DNA of 64,000 nucleotides from Anaerolineae bacterium. Its GTDB lineage: Bacteria > Chloroflexota > Anaerolineae > Aggregatilineales > UBA2796. Positions 16,911-27,000 of this stretch are shown one piece after another. The notes below the pieces were generated by a model. That model made no database searches. It had not been told where the DNA came from and was given only the letters and a program-made list of their open reading frames with translations. The stretch is from the NCBI GenBank assembly GCA_020851855.1, contig JADZBY010000435.1, forward strand, positions 1,095-65,094, in the 5' to 3' direction. Positions within the stretch are counted from its first letter, which is position 1. Every line of letters begins with the position of its first letter. Position numbers and translations under genes: made by a program.

Positions 16911-18127
16911 CCCAGCAACCAATTCGCGTCCTGGCTCTTTCGCGAAAGCAGGACCATCACTTCGCGCCGTTACGTTCTTCTTTCGAAGTAGTGTCCACCG
17001 AGAACTGGTCAGTTGACGCAGTGTCTCTACACTCACCGGATGTGCTACTTACACTCTCTGACGATTGGTACGAGGCCTATGCGGTCATCAACGAAGCGAA
17101 ACGACTGAATATTCCATCTCTGCTTATGATGGACGGAATCATCGAGTGGCGGCATCAATGGGAGGATCCAAACCTGGGGGCTGGCGGAAATATCGCCTAC
17201 TACCAACCAGTTGTCACGGATAAGGTCGCTTGCCTCGGCTGGCTAAACGCACGCACTCTGGAGGCATGGGGCAATGCAGGAAAGTGCGAGATTGTCGGCG
17301 CGCCACGATTTGATCATTACCTCGAACAGCCCGTCGCGCCGCCCGCTGTCCATGATGGCCCCAAACACCTGCTCGTGATGACCGCCAACACGCCTGGATT
17401 TACTCCGGGGCAGATTGCACAGGTCGAGCAGGCCCTCTGCGATGTGCGTGATTTTCTCACCAATCAGCGCGAGTGGCAGCCGATCTGGCGTGTGACCAAG
17501 GGGCTTGATGCGCGACTAAGTCTACATGATGACTTTCCCCATCTGCGAGGCCGGCCCCTGCGAGAGGTGCTGGCCGCGGCCGACGGAGTGTTAGCCACGC
17601 CGTCCACGGTATTGCTGGAGTCGATGCTTGCACACCGCCCCACCGCCCTGCTAGACTACTCGAACAGCCCTCCTTACGTCAGTGCAGCGTGGAGCATCAC
17701 AGCGAAAGCTCATATCGCCCCTACGCTGGAGTCGCTGTATTCACAGGATGCAAAGCGACTGTCGTATCAGGATGAGTTCTTGCATAACTACCTTGAGTGC
17801 CGCACCACAGCAACGCCACGGCTAGTTGCGCTAGTTCGGCAAATGGCCGAGATCGGGCGTGAGGCTCGTGCAAAGGGGGGATCTCCGGTATTCCCAACGC
17901 GGATGCTGCCTCTAGCCCTCGGAGGACACGCAGTACCATCAACACATTTCGACTGGGCACGCCTCTATCCCGGACACCCAGTCTTTTCGCAAACTGATCT
18001 CCGTGCTTTGCAAGTAGAGTTGATACACGCCAAAACAGAGATCAAAGAACTCTCGCGATTGCTACGCAGAGCTTACCAGAGAACAATTCTCTATGCACTA
18101 GCCAGACGGCTGCTCGGTAGACGATGA
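16907..18127 (+). CDS. uncharacterised 406-aa protein, GT-B-like C-terminal half (candidate Kdo transferase; inference only)
   Basis: It is translationally coupled (ATGA overlaps) to kdsC upstream and to a GT2 gene downstream. The C-terminal pattern ...LREVLAAADGVLATPSTVLLESMLAHRPTALLDY resembles nucleotide-sugar-binding GT-B domains. Confidence 0.6.
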   Translation: MTQQPIRVLALSRKQDHHFAPLRSSFEVVSTENWSVDAVSLHSPDVLLTLSDDWYEAYAVINEAKRLNIPSLLMMDGIIEWRHQWEDPNLGAGGNIAYYQPVVTDKVACLGWLNARTLEAWGNAGKCEIVGAPRFDHYLEQPVAPPAVHDGPKHLLVMTANTPGFTPGQIAQVEQALCDVRDFLTNQREWQPIWRVTKGLDARLSLHDDFPHLRGRPLREVLAAADGVLATPSTVLLESMLAHRPTALLDYSNSPPYVSAAWSITAKAHIAPTLESLYSQDAKRLSYQDEFLHNYLECRTTATPRLVALVRQMAEIGREARAKGGSPVFPTRMLPLALGGHAVPSTHFDWARLYPGHPVFSQTDLRALQVELIHAKTEIKELSRLLRRAYQRTILYALARRLLGRR

Positions 18128-19098
18128 CGACCAAAGCGTATCCGCTCGTTAGCGTGATTGTCCCATCATACAACTATGCCCATCTTATTGAGCGGTGCAT
18201 TGACAGTGTACTCGAACAGACGTACACCAATTGGGAGCTCATCGTGTGCGATGACTGCTCGGACGACGGCTCAGTGTCTCTCCTTCACCAACGGTATGGC
18301 CATGATACACGGGTGAGAATCTATAGCAACGAATGTCGGCTCGGCATATTCGGTAATATAGCACGCGCTATTGGGTACTCCTCTGGGCCATTCCTTAAGA
18401 TCTTGATGGCAGATGACTGGCTGCACGTCGATTACTTAACCGCAACATTGGATCTGTTCGACGCACATCCTAGTATTGGGTTGTGCTCGGTCCGCACGAC
18501 CGTCTTCAGCGAAGCAAGTCAACTCGTCGAGACCCGGTTTGAGCCAGACCGGGGGCAGGATTTCTATCCAAGTGAGCGGATTCTGTGGTGGACCACTCGT
18601 GAAGTTAACCCCATTGGTAATCCCAGCCGCCTGATCTTCCGACGATTGGCATATGAGGAAGTCGGTGGATTTGATCTGGGTATCGAATACTGTACTGATC
18701 TCGATCTATGGATTCGAATGCTGGAACACTGGGATATTGGCTTCGTCTGCCGCATCCTCAGTCATGAATCACTCCACAGCAGTAATGCGACCCTAAGCTA
18801 CGTCCGCAGAGCTCAGCATCTTAGGACAGGTGAGCAGATGTTCCTGAAGCTTTTCCAGAGGCACCGATACTACCAAGGACATTGGTGGGTACAGAAGAGC
18901 GTCTGGATATTTGGTTGGAGAGAATATTGGATCACGGCCATCAGACACCTAGTAGCTGGTAGCCCGGTGGAGTTTGAGACCTTGATAGGCATTATGTCGA
19001 GGCGAGTGCCCTTCGTCTTGTGGGCACCAGTACTGCTCTGGCGGTTGGGAGGGGTCGTAATGCAAAAGGTTGTGAACCGACTGCATCATCGTCATTGA
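18124..19098 (+). CDS. family 2 glycosyltransferase
   Basis: Contains VSVIVPSYNYAHLIERCIDSVLEQTYTNWELIVCDDCSDDGS. Confidence 0.85.
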   Translation: MTTKAYPLVSVIVPSYNYAHLIERCIDSVLEQTYTNWELIVCDDCSDDGSVSLLHQRYGHDTRVRIYSNECRLGIFGNIARAIGYSSGPFLKILMADDWLHVDYLTATLDLFDAHPSIGLCSVRTTVFSEASQLVETRFEPDRGQDFYPSERILWWTTREVNPIGNPSRLIFRRLAYEEVGGFDLGIEYCTDLDLWIRMLEHWDIGFVCRILSHESLHSSNATLSYVRRAQHLRTGEQMFLKLFQRHRYYQGHWWVQKSVWIFGWREYWITAIRHLVAGSPVEFETLIGIMSRRVPFVLWAPVLLWRLGGVVMQKVVNRLHHRH

Positions 19099-19118
19099 TC
19101 ATGACAATCGAACCTTGA

Positions 19119-19721
19119 ATGACAGAAGATATGGAACTGGTCAACGAGCTAAGGCCCTATAGACAATGGATCAATGGCAAAACGCTGAATGCTGGCTGTG
19201 GCAAGCGCTTCGTGAACCTGGGAACAGAGACAATTCGGCTTGATCTGAATCCACGATTCGCCTCTTCGGTGGACGTGGTTGCGGACGTACACAGACTGCC
19301 CTTCGCAGACAACACATTCGATACCGTCCTAAGTATTGCAGTCCTTGAGCACACGCGTTTTGCATGGGAGGTAGCTCGCGAGTTTCATCGAGTGCTACGT
19401 AGTGGTGGTACGGCAATAGTAGCGATCCCGTTCATGCAACCGCAACACGGTGCTCCTAACGATTTCGTTCGCTTCACAGGGGAAGGTATCCGCGCGCTGA
19501 TGGAGTGGGCGCATTTCGAAGTCGTGCTCGTGCGTGGTTGCCATTCCGTGGGGTACGTAACTGAGTGGTTCTTCCGAGAACTGACTCGCGAGAATGTCCT
19601 CCTGCGACGACTGATGCTGCCAATTCGGCGCACAGTGTTCCCCCTTATGCGCCAGGGAAAGCTAATGTCACATACAATTGAGAACCTCACGAGCGCATAC
19701 TACGTGGTAGCTCGCAAATGA
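19119..19721 (+). CDS. class I SAM-dependent methyltransferase (type 11-like)
   Basis: Contains LNAGCGKRF...DVHRLPFADNTFDTVLSIAVLEH. Confidence 0.8.
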   Translation: MTEDMELVNELRPYRQWINGKTLNAGCGKRFVNLGTETIRLDLNPRFASSVDVVADVHRLPFADNTFDTVLSIAVLEHTRFAWEVAREFHRVLRSGGTAIVAIPFMQPQHGAPNDFVRFTGEGIRALMEWAHFEVVLVRGCHSVGYVTEWFFRELTRENVLLRRLMLPIRRTVFPLMRQGKLMSHTIENLTSAYYVVARK

Positions 19722-20713
19722 TGGTGCAGCCAGCCGTCGATCCCTGGCCTCTCGTGTCCGTGATCCTGCCTGTTTTCAACGGTGAGCCATATTTGCGGGA
19801 TGCGATCGACAGCGTACTAATGCAGGACTATCCCAATTTCGAGCTTATCATCATTGATGATGGTTCGCATGACAACTCGTGGGCAACTATATGTAGCATA
19901 GATGACGGCCGTGTCCGCAGCTATCGGCAGCCGAATGCGGGTCTGCCAACAACATTGAACAGGGGAATTGAGCTTTCCGGAGGAGAGTTAGTTGCTCGGA
20001 TGGATCAGGATGATCATTGCCATCCAGAGCGGTTGCGGCAACAGGCTCGATTCCTGAACGGACATCCTGAGATAGGTGTTGTTGGGTGTTCATATCGTGT
20101 GATTGACACGCATGGAAGGCTGCTCGGCACGCGCTACCAACTATGCTCACCTGTGCAGGTAAGGCGCCACCTCTATTCGGGTAATCCATTCTGTCATGGT
20201 TCCGTTACTTACCGGAAGTCCACTGTATTGGCGGCGGGAAGCTATGATCCCACAGCACTGATAGAAGACTATGACTTATGGACTCGTGCTGCGTGCCTTA
20301 CGCAGATGGCAAATCTCCCGGATGCTCTCTACGATTACCGCGTGAATGTATCCACAAGTATGGTTGCAGTCAATCAGTCAAGGTACGCCGTGGAGACCGA
20401 GAGTATACGTCAACAAATGTGGGAGAGAAACGATCCACCTTTTCTGCAAGGCTTGATTGCGGAGAAGCGCCTACTGCGTAGCGGTCCGCTTGTTAGGCAT
20501 GGAAGTCATAATCGAACACGAAGGCAACTTAACGTCATGGTAGGTCTCTCGATTGCGAGCGTGTTCTTCAAACGCAGCAATAGTCGTCGAGCATCGCAGG
20601 AGTGGATCGGGTTGGCACTAATGAACTTGGACCGACCTGCACAGGTTACACGAGTATTGCGGCATGCGGCCGGGTTGCTGAGCCGCCAGTATGCGGGCGA
20701 GAGAAGCGGTTGA
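19718..20713 (+). CDS. family 2 glycosyltransferase
   Basis: Contains VSVILPVFNGEPYLRDAIDSVLMQDYPNFELIIIDDGSHDNS, plus RMDQDD. Confidence 0.85.
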   Translation: MMVQPAVDPWPLVSVILPVFNGEPYLRDAIDSVLMQDYPNFELIIIDDGSHDNSWATICSIDDGRVRSYRQPNAGLPTTLNRGIELSGGELVARMDQDDHCHPERLRQQARFLNGHPEIGVVGCSYRVIDTHGRLLGTRYQLCSPVQVRRHLYSGNPFCHGSVTYRKSTVLAAGSYDPTALIEDYDLWTRAACLTQMANLPDALYDYRVNVSTSMVAVNQSRYAVETESIRQQMWERNDPPFLQGLIAEKRLLRSGPLVRHGSHNRTRRQLNVMVGLSIASVFFKRSNSRRASQEWIGLALMNLDRPAQVTRVLRHAAGLLSRQYAGERSG

Positions 20714-20722
20714 AGGCAGATC

Positions 20723-21697
20723 GTGCCTGACCTTCAAGGTGCTCGGGTGCTGGTCTTTGGAGGGCTAGGCTTCATTGGCCTGAACCTAGTCAGGAGATTA
20801 CGTGAGCAGAACGTAAGCGTAGTTGTTGTCACTCGAACGATGCCGAGACTGGCATTGCAGTGGCTGAGCAGCGGGGTACAGAACGGACTACCTGAGTTGG
20901 TCCAGGCGGATTTATGCGCGCCGGAAAGCTATCAGCATCTTGTTCAAGCCTGTGATCTGATCTACAACTTAGCCGGGCACTCCGGCGCAGCTCAGAGCCT
21001 GCTTGAAGCCCATACTGATATGCAATCGAATGTGGAAGGCAATCTTGCTTTGCTCGAGGTTGCCCGTCGATCGGGCAAGAAGCCACACATAGTCTTCGCT
21101 TCTAGCCGCCTTGTGTACGGGTACACAGGAAGCATGCCGGCAACCGAGGACGCGCCGCTGTTGCCGACCAGTATCTATGGCCTACACAAACTGACAGTCG
21201 AGCACTACTACCGACTGTACGGTATGCATTACGGAGTACCCTATACGATCGTGCGCTTGACCAATCCTTATGGGCCGTATCAACTACCCGATAGTCGAGG
21301 CTATGGTATTGTCAACTCCTTTATAATGCGCGCATTAGGTAACGAGACCCTGCAGGTCTTTGGGGATGGTAATCAGTTACGTGACTATGTCTACATTGAA
21401 GATGTGATCGAAGCGCTGTTATGCATTGGATATTCTGCGGTTGTGCGAGGACAGATTCTGAACATTGGTCTTGGCCGCTCGATACGTCTGGCAGAGATGG
21501 CAGAGATGGTCGTACGTCTCGCGGGTAATGGTTCCATCGAGCACGTTCCTTGGCCCTCTGTCGACCGAAAAGTGGAGACAGGTGATTTCATCTGCAGCAT
21601 TGCGCGAGCACGCAAGCTCCTCGGCTGGCAACCCCAGACGGATTGGGAGCGCGGACTACGCCACACAATCCACCTCTACCAGCAGTTACTACCATGA
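20723..21697 (+). CDS. NAD-dependent sugar-nucleotide epimerase/dehydratase (extended SDR)
   Basis: Contains VLVFGGLGFIGLNLVRRL (Rossmann fold) and YGLHK (YxxxK). Confidence 0.8.
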   Translation: MPDLQGARVLVFGGLGFIGLNLVRRLREQNVSVVVVTRTMPRLALQWLSSGVQNGLPELVQADLCAPESYQHLVQACDLIYNLAGHSGAAQSLLEAHTDMQSNVEGNLALLEVARRSGKKPHIVFASSRLVYGYTGSMPATEDAPLLPTSIYGLHKLTVEHYYRLYGMHYGVPYTIVRLTNPYGPYQLPDSRGYGIVNSFIMRALGNETLQVFGDGNQLRDYVYIEDVIEALLCIGYSAVVRGQILNIGLGRSIRLAEMAEMVVRLAGNGSIEHVPWPSVDRKVETGDFICSIARARKLLGWQPQTDWERGLRHTIHLYQQLLP

Positions 21698-22878
21698 GCC
21701 GCCGTCACGTGCTGTTCCTGTGCAGTGAGTATCCGCCGTCTCCAGGTGGCGGTATTGGGACCTTCTACCAGACTTTGGCACGGGCGCTCGCCAACTGTGG
21801 ATGGCAGGTGAGCGTAGGGGGGATATTCGGCGATGTACGTACCCTTGATGTGAGTGTTGACAACGGTGTTACGGTTTGGCGCATTCCGCCAAGCCGCAAC
21901 ACCAGAGGCCGCTATCGGATAAACATGTTTCTGGACCGGTGGCGGTTGGGACGTTGGGTACGCCAGATGGTGCGGCAACACAACGCTTGCCTTGTGGATG
22001 CGGCCGATTATCAGGGATGGATGTGGGGCGTTACCGAGCCCATTCCACGCGTTACACGCCTACATGGGGCTGATATCATGTTTCAACCACTCATGGGGCG
22101 CAAACCAGAGCGGGTCAAGGCCTACCTGGAACGCTCGAGCTTACAGCACTCAACGGGCATAATCAGTTCAAGTCACTTCATGAGCATGACCGTGCAGCCC
22201 CATCTGCGAAAAAACCAGCGCGTCGATGCGACAATCTACAATATGGTTGATGTGCAACGCTTTGCTCCTAGCCTTGCCATTAGGCGTAATCCACTACTGG
22301 TGGCAAGTGTTGCCACTTTGACTCCAAAGAAAGGTGTATATCAACTTCTCAACGCATGGGAAGCTGTACATAAGCATGAGCCTCACGCACGACTGAGGTT
22401 CTATGGACGCGATACGCCTGATGGGGATCATTCAACCGCGGAGGTACTTCGTCGGCGCTGTAACGAACTGAATATCGCGGATAGCGTCGAGATAGTTGGT
22501 CCTGTGCCGTATCATCTCGTATGTCGTGTCTTTCAAGAGTCGGGAATCCTTGTTTTTCCATCTTACGTTGAAGCTCACCCTCGCGCATGGCTGGAGGGAA
22601 TGGCAACGGGAGCACCGGTCATTGGTAGTAATCGTGGACCCGGTCCAGAAGTAATCGAACATGGACGCACAGGCCTAATAGTAGATCCAGATGATACTGA
22701 AGAGCTCTCCAATGCCATACTAGACTTGCTTCGCGCTCCTGACAAAGCAACCCAACTAGGCGTAGCCGCTCGATCGTCTATGATTGCCCGTTATTCGATT
22801 GATGCGATCTTGCAGCAGAATGTGGATTTCTACATAGACCACATTCTGGCTGCACGTGTCTCGAAGAGATACAGTTGA
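21694..22878 (+). CDS. family 4 (GT-B) glycosyltransferase
   Basis: ATG 21694 overlaps the upstream stop. Contains LFLCSEYPPSPGGGIGTF and the C-terminal motif VFPSYVEAHPRAWLEGMATGAPVIGS. Confidence 0.8.
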   Translation: MSRRHVLFLCSEYPPSPGGGIGTFYQTLARALANCGWQVSVGGIFGDVRTLDVSVDNGVTVWRIPPSRNTRGRYRINMFLDRWRLGRWVRQMVRQHNACLVDAADYQGWMWGVTEPIPRVTRLHGADIMFQPLMGRKPERVKAYLERSSLQHSTGIISSSHFMSMTVQPHLRKNQRVDATIYNMVDVQRFAPSLAIRRNPLLVASVATLTPKKGVYQLLNAWEAVHKHEPHARLRFYGRDTPDGDHSTAEVLRRRCNELNIADSVEIVGPVPYHLVCRVFQESGILVFPSYVEAHPRAWLEGMATGAPVIGSNRGPGPEVIEHGRTGLIVDPDDTEELSNAILDLLRAPDKATQLGVAARSSMIARYSIDAILQQNVDFYIDHILAARVSKRYS

Positions 22879-24050
22879 ATCGTCTACAAAAGCGCGTGCT
22901 TGTCCATCACCACGCAGTCGCGCACATAGATAAGGGTGGCATCATTTGGCTACCGTCGTTCATTGGGCGCTGGATTGATGCACTCGCCCCGCTAGTCGGC
23001 GAAATTGGCCTCCTGCTTCATCAAAGTACGATCCGAACACCACGGCAGGATGAGCAAGTTCGCGCGTCGAACGTGAGGCTCTGGAGTCTGGGAGAGCCTG
23101 GTGGTTCGTCCCTGTTGTGGCTTGAGCGTATTAAGCGAATGAGGAGAGTCTGTCGCGCGGCATCCAGTGCAGCGGATGTGCTCCTGATCCGTGGTGTGAC
23201 ACCGCACCAGCAAATCGTGTGGAACGCGACACAAGTCAATCGCAAAGCGTATTTACTAGTTGGAAGCCTAAAGGGAAACCGCTTATTGCCGCAACTTTCT
23301 CCGATGGGAATCTACGGGTGGGTGAGGACCAAGCTTCGCCCTCGTCAGATAAGGTACATGGCCAAGCGCGACACACTTATGCTAGCGAATTCGCCGGTGT
23401 TGGCAACGGAACTCCGCCAGCTCACTGGAGGGCCGGCCACTTTCGTGCCCACAAATAGCATTCGAGCATCCGAGTTTGCACCATTTGATTGCCGTCCAAT
23501 CGGCGCAAAACCACACTTACTATATTGCGGACGTGTAACAGCTGAGAAAGGAATTCGGGAGTTAATCGAAGCGCTCGCACTGCCCGCAGCGCAGAACTAC
23601 GAACTCGAAATTGTGGGACCTGCCATTTCCCAGGAGCAGGCCTCCTTTGTTGCGCTGGCACACCAGCTAGGCGTGAGCAGTCGTGTGACTTGGCATGGCC
23701 CTGTCTCCTACGGTCATGCGCTGTTCAGGTTCTTCCAGCGTGCTGATATCTTCGTGCTCCCCAGCTATCACGAGGGTTTTCCACACGTGATATGGGAGGC
23801 GGCTGCCAATTGTTGTCCAGTGATTGCAACTAGGGTAGGCGGTATTCCTGGACTCTGGACACATGACACTCACGGCATGCTGATCGCCCCTAGGTCCGCC
23901 GAGGAAATCGTGCGCGCGGTGAATCGCCTCCAGGCGGACAGTGATTTGCACGAGAAGATAGTGAAGAACGCCTATCTTCATGCTCAGGAGTATGATGTAG
24001 AAGCCTGTGCAGAACGTTTGGTCGAAGTGTTGATTGAGACCTGGAACTAG
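22875..24050 (+). CDS. family 4 (GT-B) glycosyltransferase
   Basis: Contains FVLPSYHEGFPHVIWEAAANCCPVIATRVGG. Its start overlaps the upstream stop. Confidence 0.8.
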   Translation: MNRLQKRVLVHHHAVAHIDKGGIIWLPSFIGRWIDALAPLVGEIGLLLHQSTIRTPRQDEQVRASNVRLWSLGEPGGSSLLWLERIKRMRRVCRAASSAADVLLIRGVTPHQQIVWNATQVNRKAYLLVGSLKGNRLLPQLSPMGIYGWVRTKLRPRQIRYMAKRDTLMLANSPVLATELRQLTGGPATFVPTNSIRASEFAPFDCRPIGAKPHLLYCGRVTAEKGIRELIEALALPAAQNYELEIVGPAISQEQASFVALAHQLGVSSRVTWHGPVSYGHALFRFFQRADIFVLPSYHEGFPHVIWEAAANCCPVIATRVGGIPGLWTHDTHGMLIAPRSAEEIVRAVNRLQADSDLHEKIVKNAYLHAQEYDVEACAERLVEVLIETWN

Positions 24051-25356
24051 CCCCGTGCTCAACACCAGATATCGGGACAGCCGACTGGAGCTATCCAAAC
24101 GCCAATTTCGTTGGCTTCCAGTGATCTTGGTAGCGCTATACTTCATCGACATCTGGCACCCTGCTGGATTCGTTGGGATAGAATGGCGATGGTACACTGT
24201 ACTTGGTCTCGCTGGAATCACCTTTTTATTGCAGGGATCCCCAATCGATAGCGCGACTTCGCGATTGTATCTCACAACAAACGGCTTGATAATCGCGGGC
24301 GCAATACTGAGTCTGCCACGAGCAAATGATGGCCCAGAGGCGATGTACAATGCTGTAGGCTTAACAATCAGTGTCTTTACCTTCTTCTTGTTTTCACAGG
24401 TTCTGTTAAGCCTTCAAAGCCGTCGTGTGATTCTTTGTGCAATGTTCTTGCCTGCTTCTCTATGGGCATGGGACATCTTAAGACTCACCTCCGAACGTGG
24501 GGAACTGGCTAGATTTCTGTTTGTGGGGGAGAACTGGGACAAAAACTACCACATGCTCCTTTTCTCTCTGGCAGTCACAGCACTGATAACTTTTGCGGTA
24601 TTCTGGAAACCACCGGAGCATTCCAGCCGGACAGTTTTGATACGGTTGATGTCCGTTGCCTTGGCACTGTTCTTTGCTTTCGCAGGTTCACTCATGTATT
24701 CCCGTTCCGGGATGCTGGCGTTGAGCATTGGAGCGCTTGGCGCTGTGATGATTGGGATTGCGCAACTGAGATCGAGGGGCAGGCTCACGATCATTGTTGG
24801 GGCCATCGGCTTTGCGGTATTGATTGGCTTCCTTTTGGAAGGTTACCTGGCGATGTTTCCGTTTTGGAACACGGCGATCGAGCGGGTGACTAACCCCGAG
24901 CTAGTCGAGGAATTCAACCAGGGCCGACTCGCAGGCCTAACCAAGTCACAATCCATCATTGCAGAGAATCCGATAATAGGAGTTGGACTCGGGCAGTTCA
25001 AGGAGCTATTTGTTGAAACCGGCACCAAGCACAACACAGGCCTTCTTGCCCACAACACCTACCTAGCCACGTGGGCAGAAACGGGCATAGTTGGGCTAAT
25101 GGGGATACTCTATTGGCTCTTCGCCGTTGGGCGGCTATTACGCCGCGGCTTTGGCAGCCTACCTCTTGTTGACAAGTGCTGGATCCTTATGGGTATCCCC
25201 TACTTTCTCATGCTGGCCATGCTAGACCTGGGAACCAATATGCAATTCATGTTGATCGTTCACTCTGCAATATGCGCCGATGCCAAGAGAATCGAGGCAC
25301 ATGCGGATGCACCTCGGCTTTCATTACCACATACCTATCTATCACGACGATCTTGA
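24034..25356 (+). CDS. O-antigen polymerase/ligase-like (Wzy-type) polytopic membrane protein
   Basis: 440 aa with at least 10 hydrophobic segments. A large loop precedes the motif GVGLGQF...HNTYLATWAETGIVG, which is typical of the O-antigen ligase/polymerase family. Confidence 0.7.
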   Translation: MRPGTSPVLNTRYRDSRLELSKRQFRWLPVILVALYFIDIWHPAGFVGIEWRWYTVLGLAGITFLLQGSPIDSATSRLYLTTNGLIIAGAILSLPRANDGPEAMYNAVGLTISVFTFFLFSQVLLSLQSRRVILCAMFLPASLWAWDILRLTSERGELARFLFVGENWDKNYHMLLFSLAVTALITFAVFWKPPEHSSRTVLIRLMSVALALFFAFAGSLMYSRSGMLALSIGALGAVMIGIAQLRSRGRLTIIVGAIGFAVLIGFLLEGYLAMFPFWNTAIERVTNPELVEEFNQGRLAGLTKSQSIIAENPIIGVGLGQFKELFVETGTKHNTGLLAHNTYLATWAETGIVGLMGILYWLFAVGRLLRRGFGSLPLVDKCWILMGIPYFLMLAMLDLGTNMQFMLIVHSAICADAKRIEAHADAPRLSLPHTYLSRRS

Positions 25357-26491
25357 TAGACCGCGAGTTCCCGGCTACTTGGGTCGATTTCTTGACGAGC
25401 TTGCCTTGCACTGCAAGACGCTGGTCTGTTTCGCTCACTCTCCGCGCCCCGACGAAATCACACGTATGGACTATGTACTGAGTGCAGCAAATATAGAGTG
25501 CGTGGACATTGGTCCACATGTGTCCATACCTCAACGCATTATCGGTGCCCGGCGATTCACTCAGCCCTTGCGTAATCAGCGGCATCAACTAGACGCCATA
25601 CTGATACGCGGTCCTTCACCATTGCTACCGGCGATGGCGCGCGCAGCCGGTGATCTGCCCACAGCGCTGCTGCTTGTGGGTGATTATGTCGCAGCCACCG
25701 ATGACCTACGGCAACCTCGTTGGCGAAAAGAAGCTATCCGCCTGTGGTCAAGATGGAATCAATGGCAGGAACGGCAGATCGCACACCACGCTCTAACTTT
25801 CGTGAACAGCCGCAAGCTCTACGAGCAACTGCGGTCAACGGTCCCTAACTTGGTGGAAACGCGAACAACGACGCTGACCGCAAGTGACTTCTTCGAGCGT
25901 GAGGATACCTGCATTGCGAGGCCGATCCGGCTGCTTTACACAGGGCGCCTCGACCGTGGAAAGGGATTATTGCTCATTGTGCAAGCCGTTTCGGAGCTTG
26001 TTGCGCAGGGTGACGATATAGTATTCGACCTCGTCGGATGGGCAGAAAAAGGTGATGACGTTGAGGCCGAGATTCGTCAGCTTGCCGACCGGCTCGGTAT
26101 CGGTGGGCGGGTGTTACTGCACGGATTCAAGCCAGTTGGGCCAACTCTCTTTGCACACTATCGTCAGGCTGATATTTATGTGATCGCGTCAACTGGTAGT
26201 GAAGGCTTTCCACGCACCATTTGGGAAGCTATGGCGCACAGCCTGCCGGTTGTGGCGACGCGAGTAGGGTCAATTCCGCTCTATTTGGAGGACAGGGAAA
26301 ACGTAATGCTCGTGCAACCAGGTGCATCGGGTTCACTTGCATTAGCAATCCGGAAGCTAGTTGCCGAACCTGATTTGCGACGACGACTGATTGCTTCGGG
26401 TATCAAGACAGCTCGTGAAAACACTGTTGAACGCAGGGTTGAGGAGATGGCTCACTCCCTGCAAGATTGGCTTCGGCCGTGTCAAAACTGA
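25301..26491 (+). CDS. family 4 (GT-B) glycosyltransferase
   Basis: From ORF 25280..26491. Contains VIASTGSEGFPRTIWEAMAHSLPVVATRVGS. Confidence 0.8.
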   Translation: MRMHLGFHYHIPIYHDDLDRPRVPGYLGRFLDELALHCKTLVCFAHSPRPDEITRMDYVLSAANIECVDIGPHVSIPQRIIGARRFTQPLRNQRHQLDAILIRGPSPLLPAMARAAGDLPTALLLVGDYVAATDDLRQPRWRKEAIRLWSRWNQWQERQIAHHALTFVNSRKLYEQLRSTVPNLVETRTTTLTASDFFEREDTCIARPIRLLYTGRLDRGKGLLLIVQAVSELVAQGDDIVFDLVGWAEKGDDVEAEIRQLADRLGIGGRVLLHGFKPVGPTLFAHYRQADIYVIASTGSEGFPRTIWEAMAHSLPVVATRVGSIPLYLEDRENVMLVQPGASGSLALAIRKLVAEPDLRRRLIASGIKTARENTVERRVEEMAHSLQDWLRPCQN

Positions 26492-27000
26492 TCCGACTTC
26501 TCCGCCACGACTGGCCGCTCCATTTCGTGTTGTTTCTTACAAACTGGCTACCTGATAACACTCTGTTCTTGCGACTAAGGGGAGCGCTCGCACGCCCCTT
26601 CTTTGGCTCCGGCGGACGAAATATAAGGCTGGGACGTAACCTGACGTTCTACAACCCCTCGCAAATTCATATAGGGTCAGATACCTACATCGCCTACGGT
26701 TGTTGGTTCATGGCTCTGGATCCCATCGTAGTTGGAGAGGAAGTCCTGTTTGGTCCCTATTGTGTTGTAGTATCTTCCAGGCATACTCGCCAGGATGGCT
26801 CATTCCGTCACGGTGCACGTGCTCCGGCACCAATTCACATCAGGGACGGAGCCTGGATTGCCAGTCATGTTACGGTAACAGCCGGGTCGCTCATTGGCTG
26901 CGGGAGCGCCATCGCTGCCAATGCAGTGGTCATCGGTGAGGTCCCAGCTAACGTGCTTGCAGGGGGGCAACCAGCTAGGGTGCTGAAAACATTTGATTGA
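26467..27000 (+). CDS. hexapeptide-repeat (LbH) O-acetyltransferase
   Basis: Left-handed beta-helix repeats: IGSDTYIAYGCWF...IRDGAWIASHVTVTAGSLIGCGSAIAANAVVIGEVPANVLAGGQPARV. Confidence 0.8.
   Translation: MASAVSKLIRLLRHDWPLHFVLFLTNWLPDNTLFLRLRGALARPFFGSGGRNIRLGRNLTFYNPSQIHIGSDTYIAYGCWFMALDPIVVGEEVLFGPYCVVVSSRHTRQDGSFRHGARAPAPIHIRDGAWIASHVTVTAGSLIGCGSAIAANAVVIGEVPANVLAGGQPARVLKTFD

Noticed and set aside
23667-24350. 227-aa minus-strand ORF within the glycan cluster
   Set aside because: It overlaps the end of a GT4 gene and the start of the Wzy-like gene on the opposite strand. There is no supporting motif.
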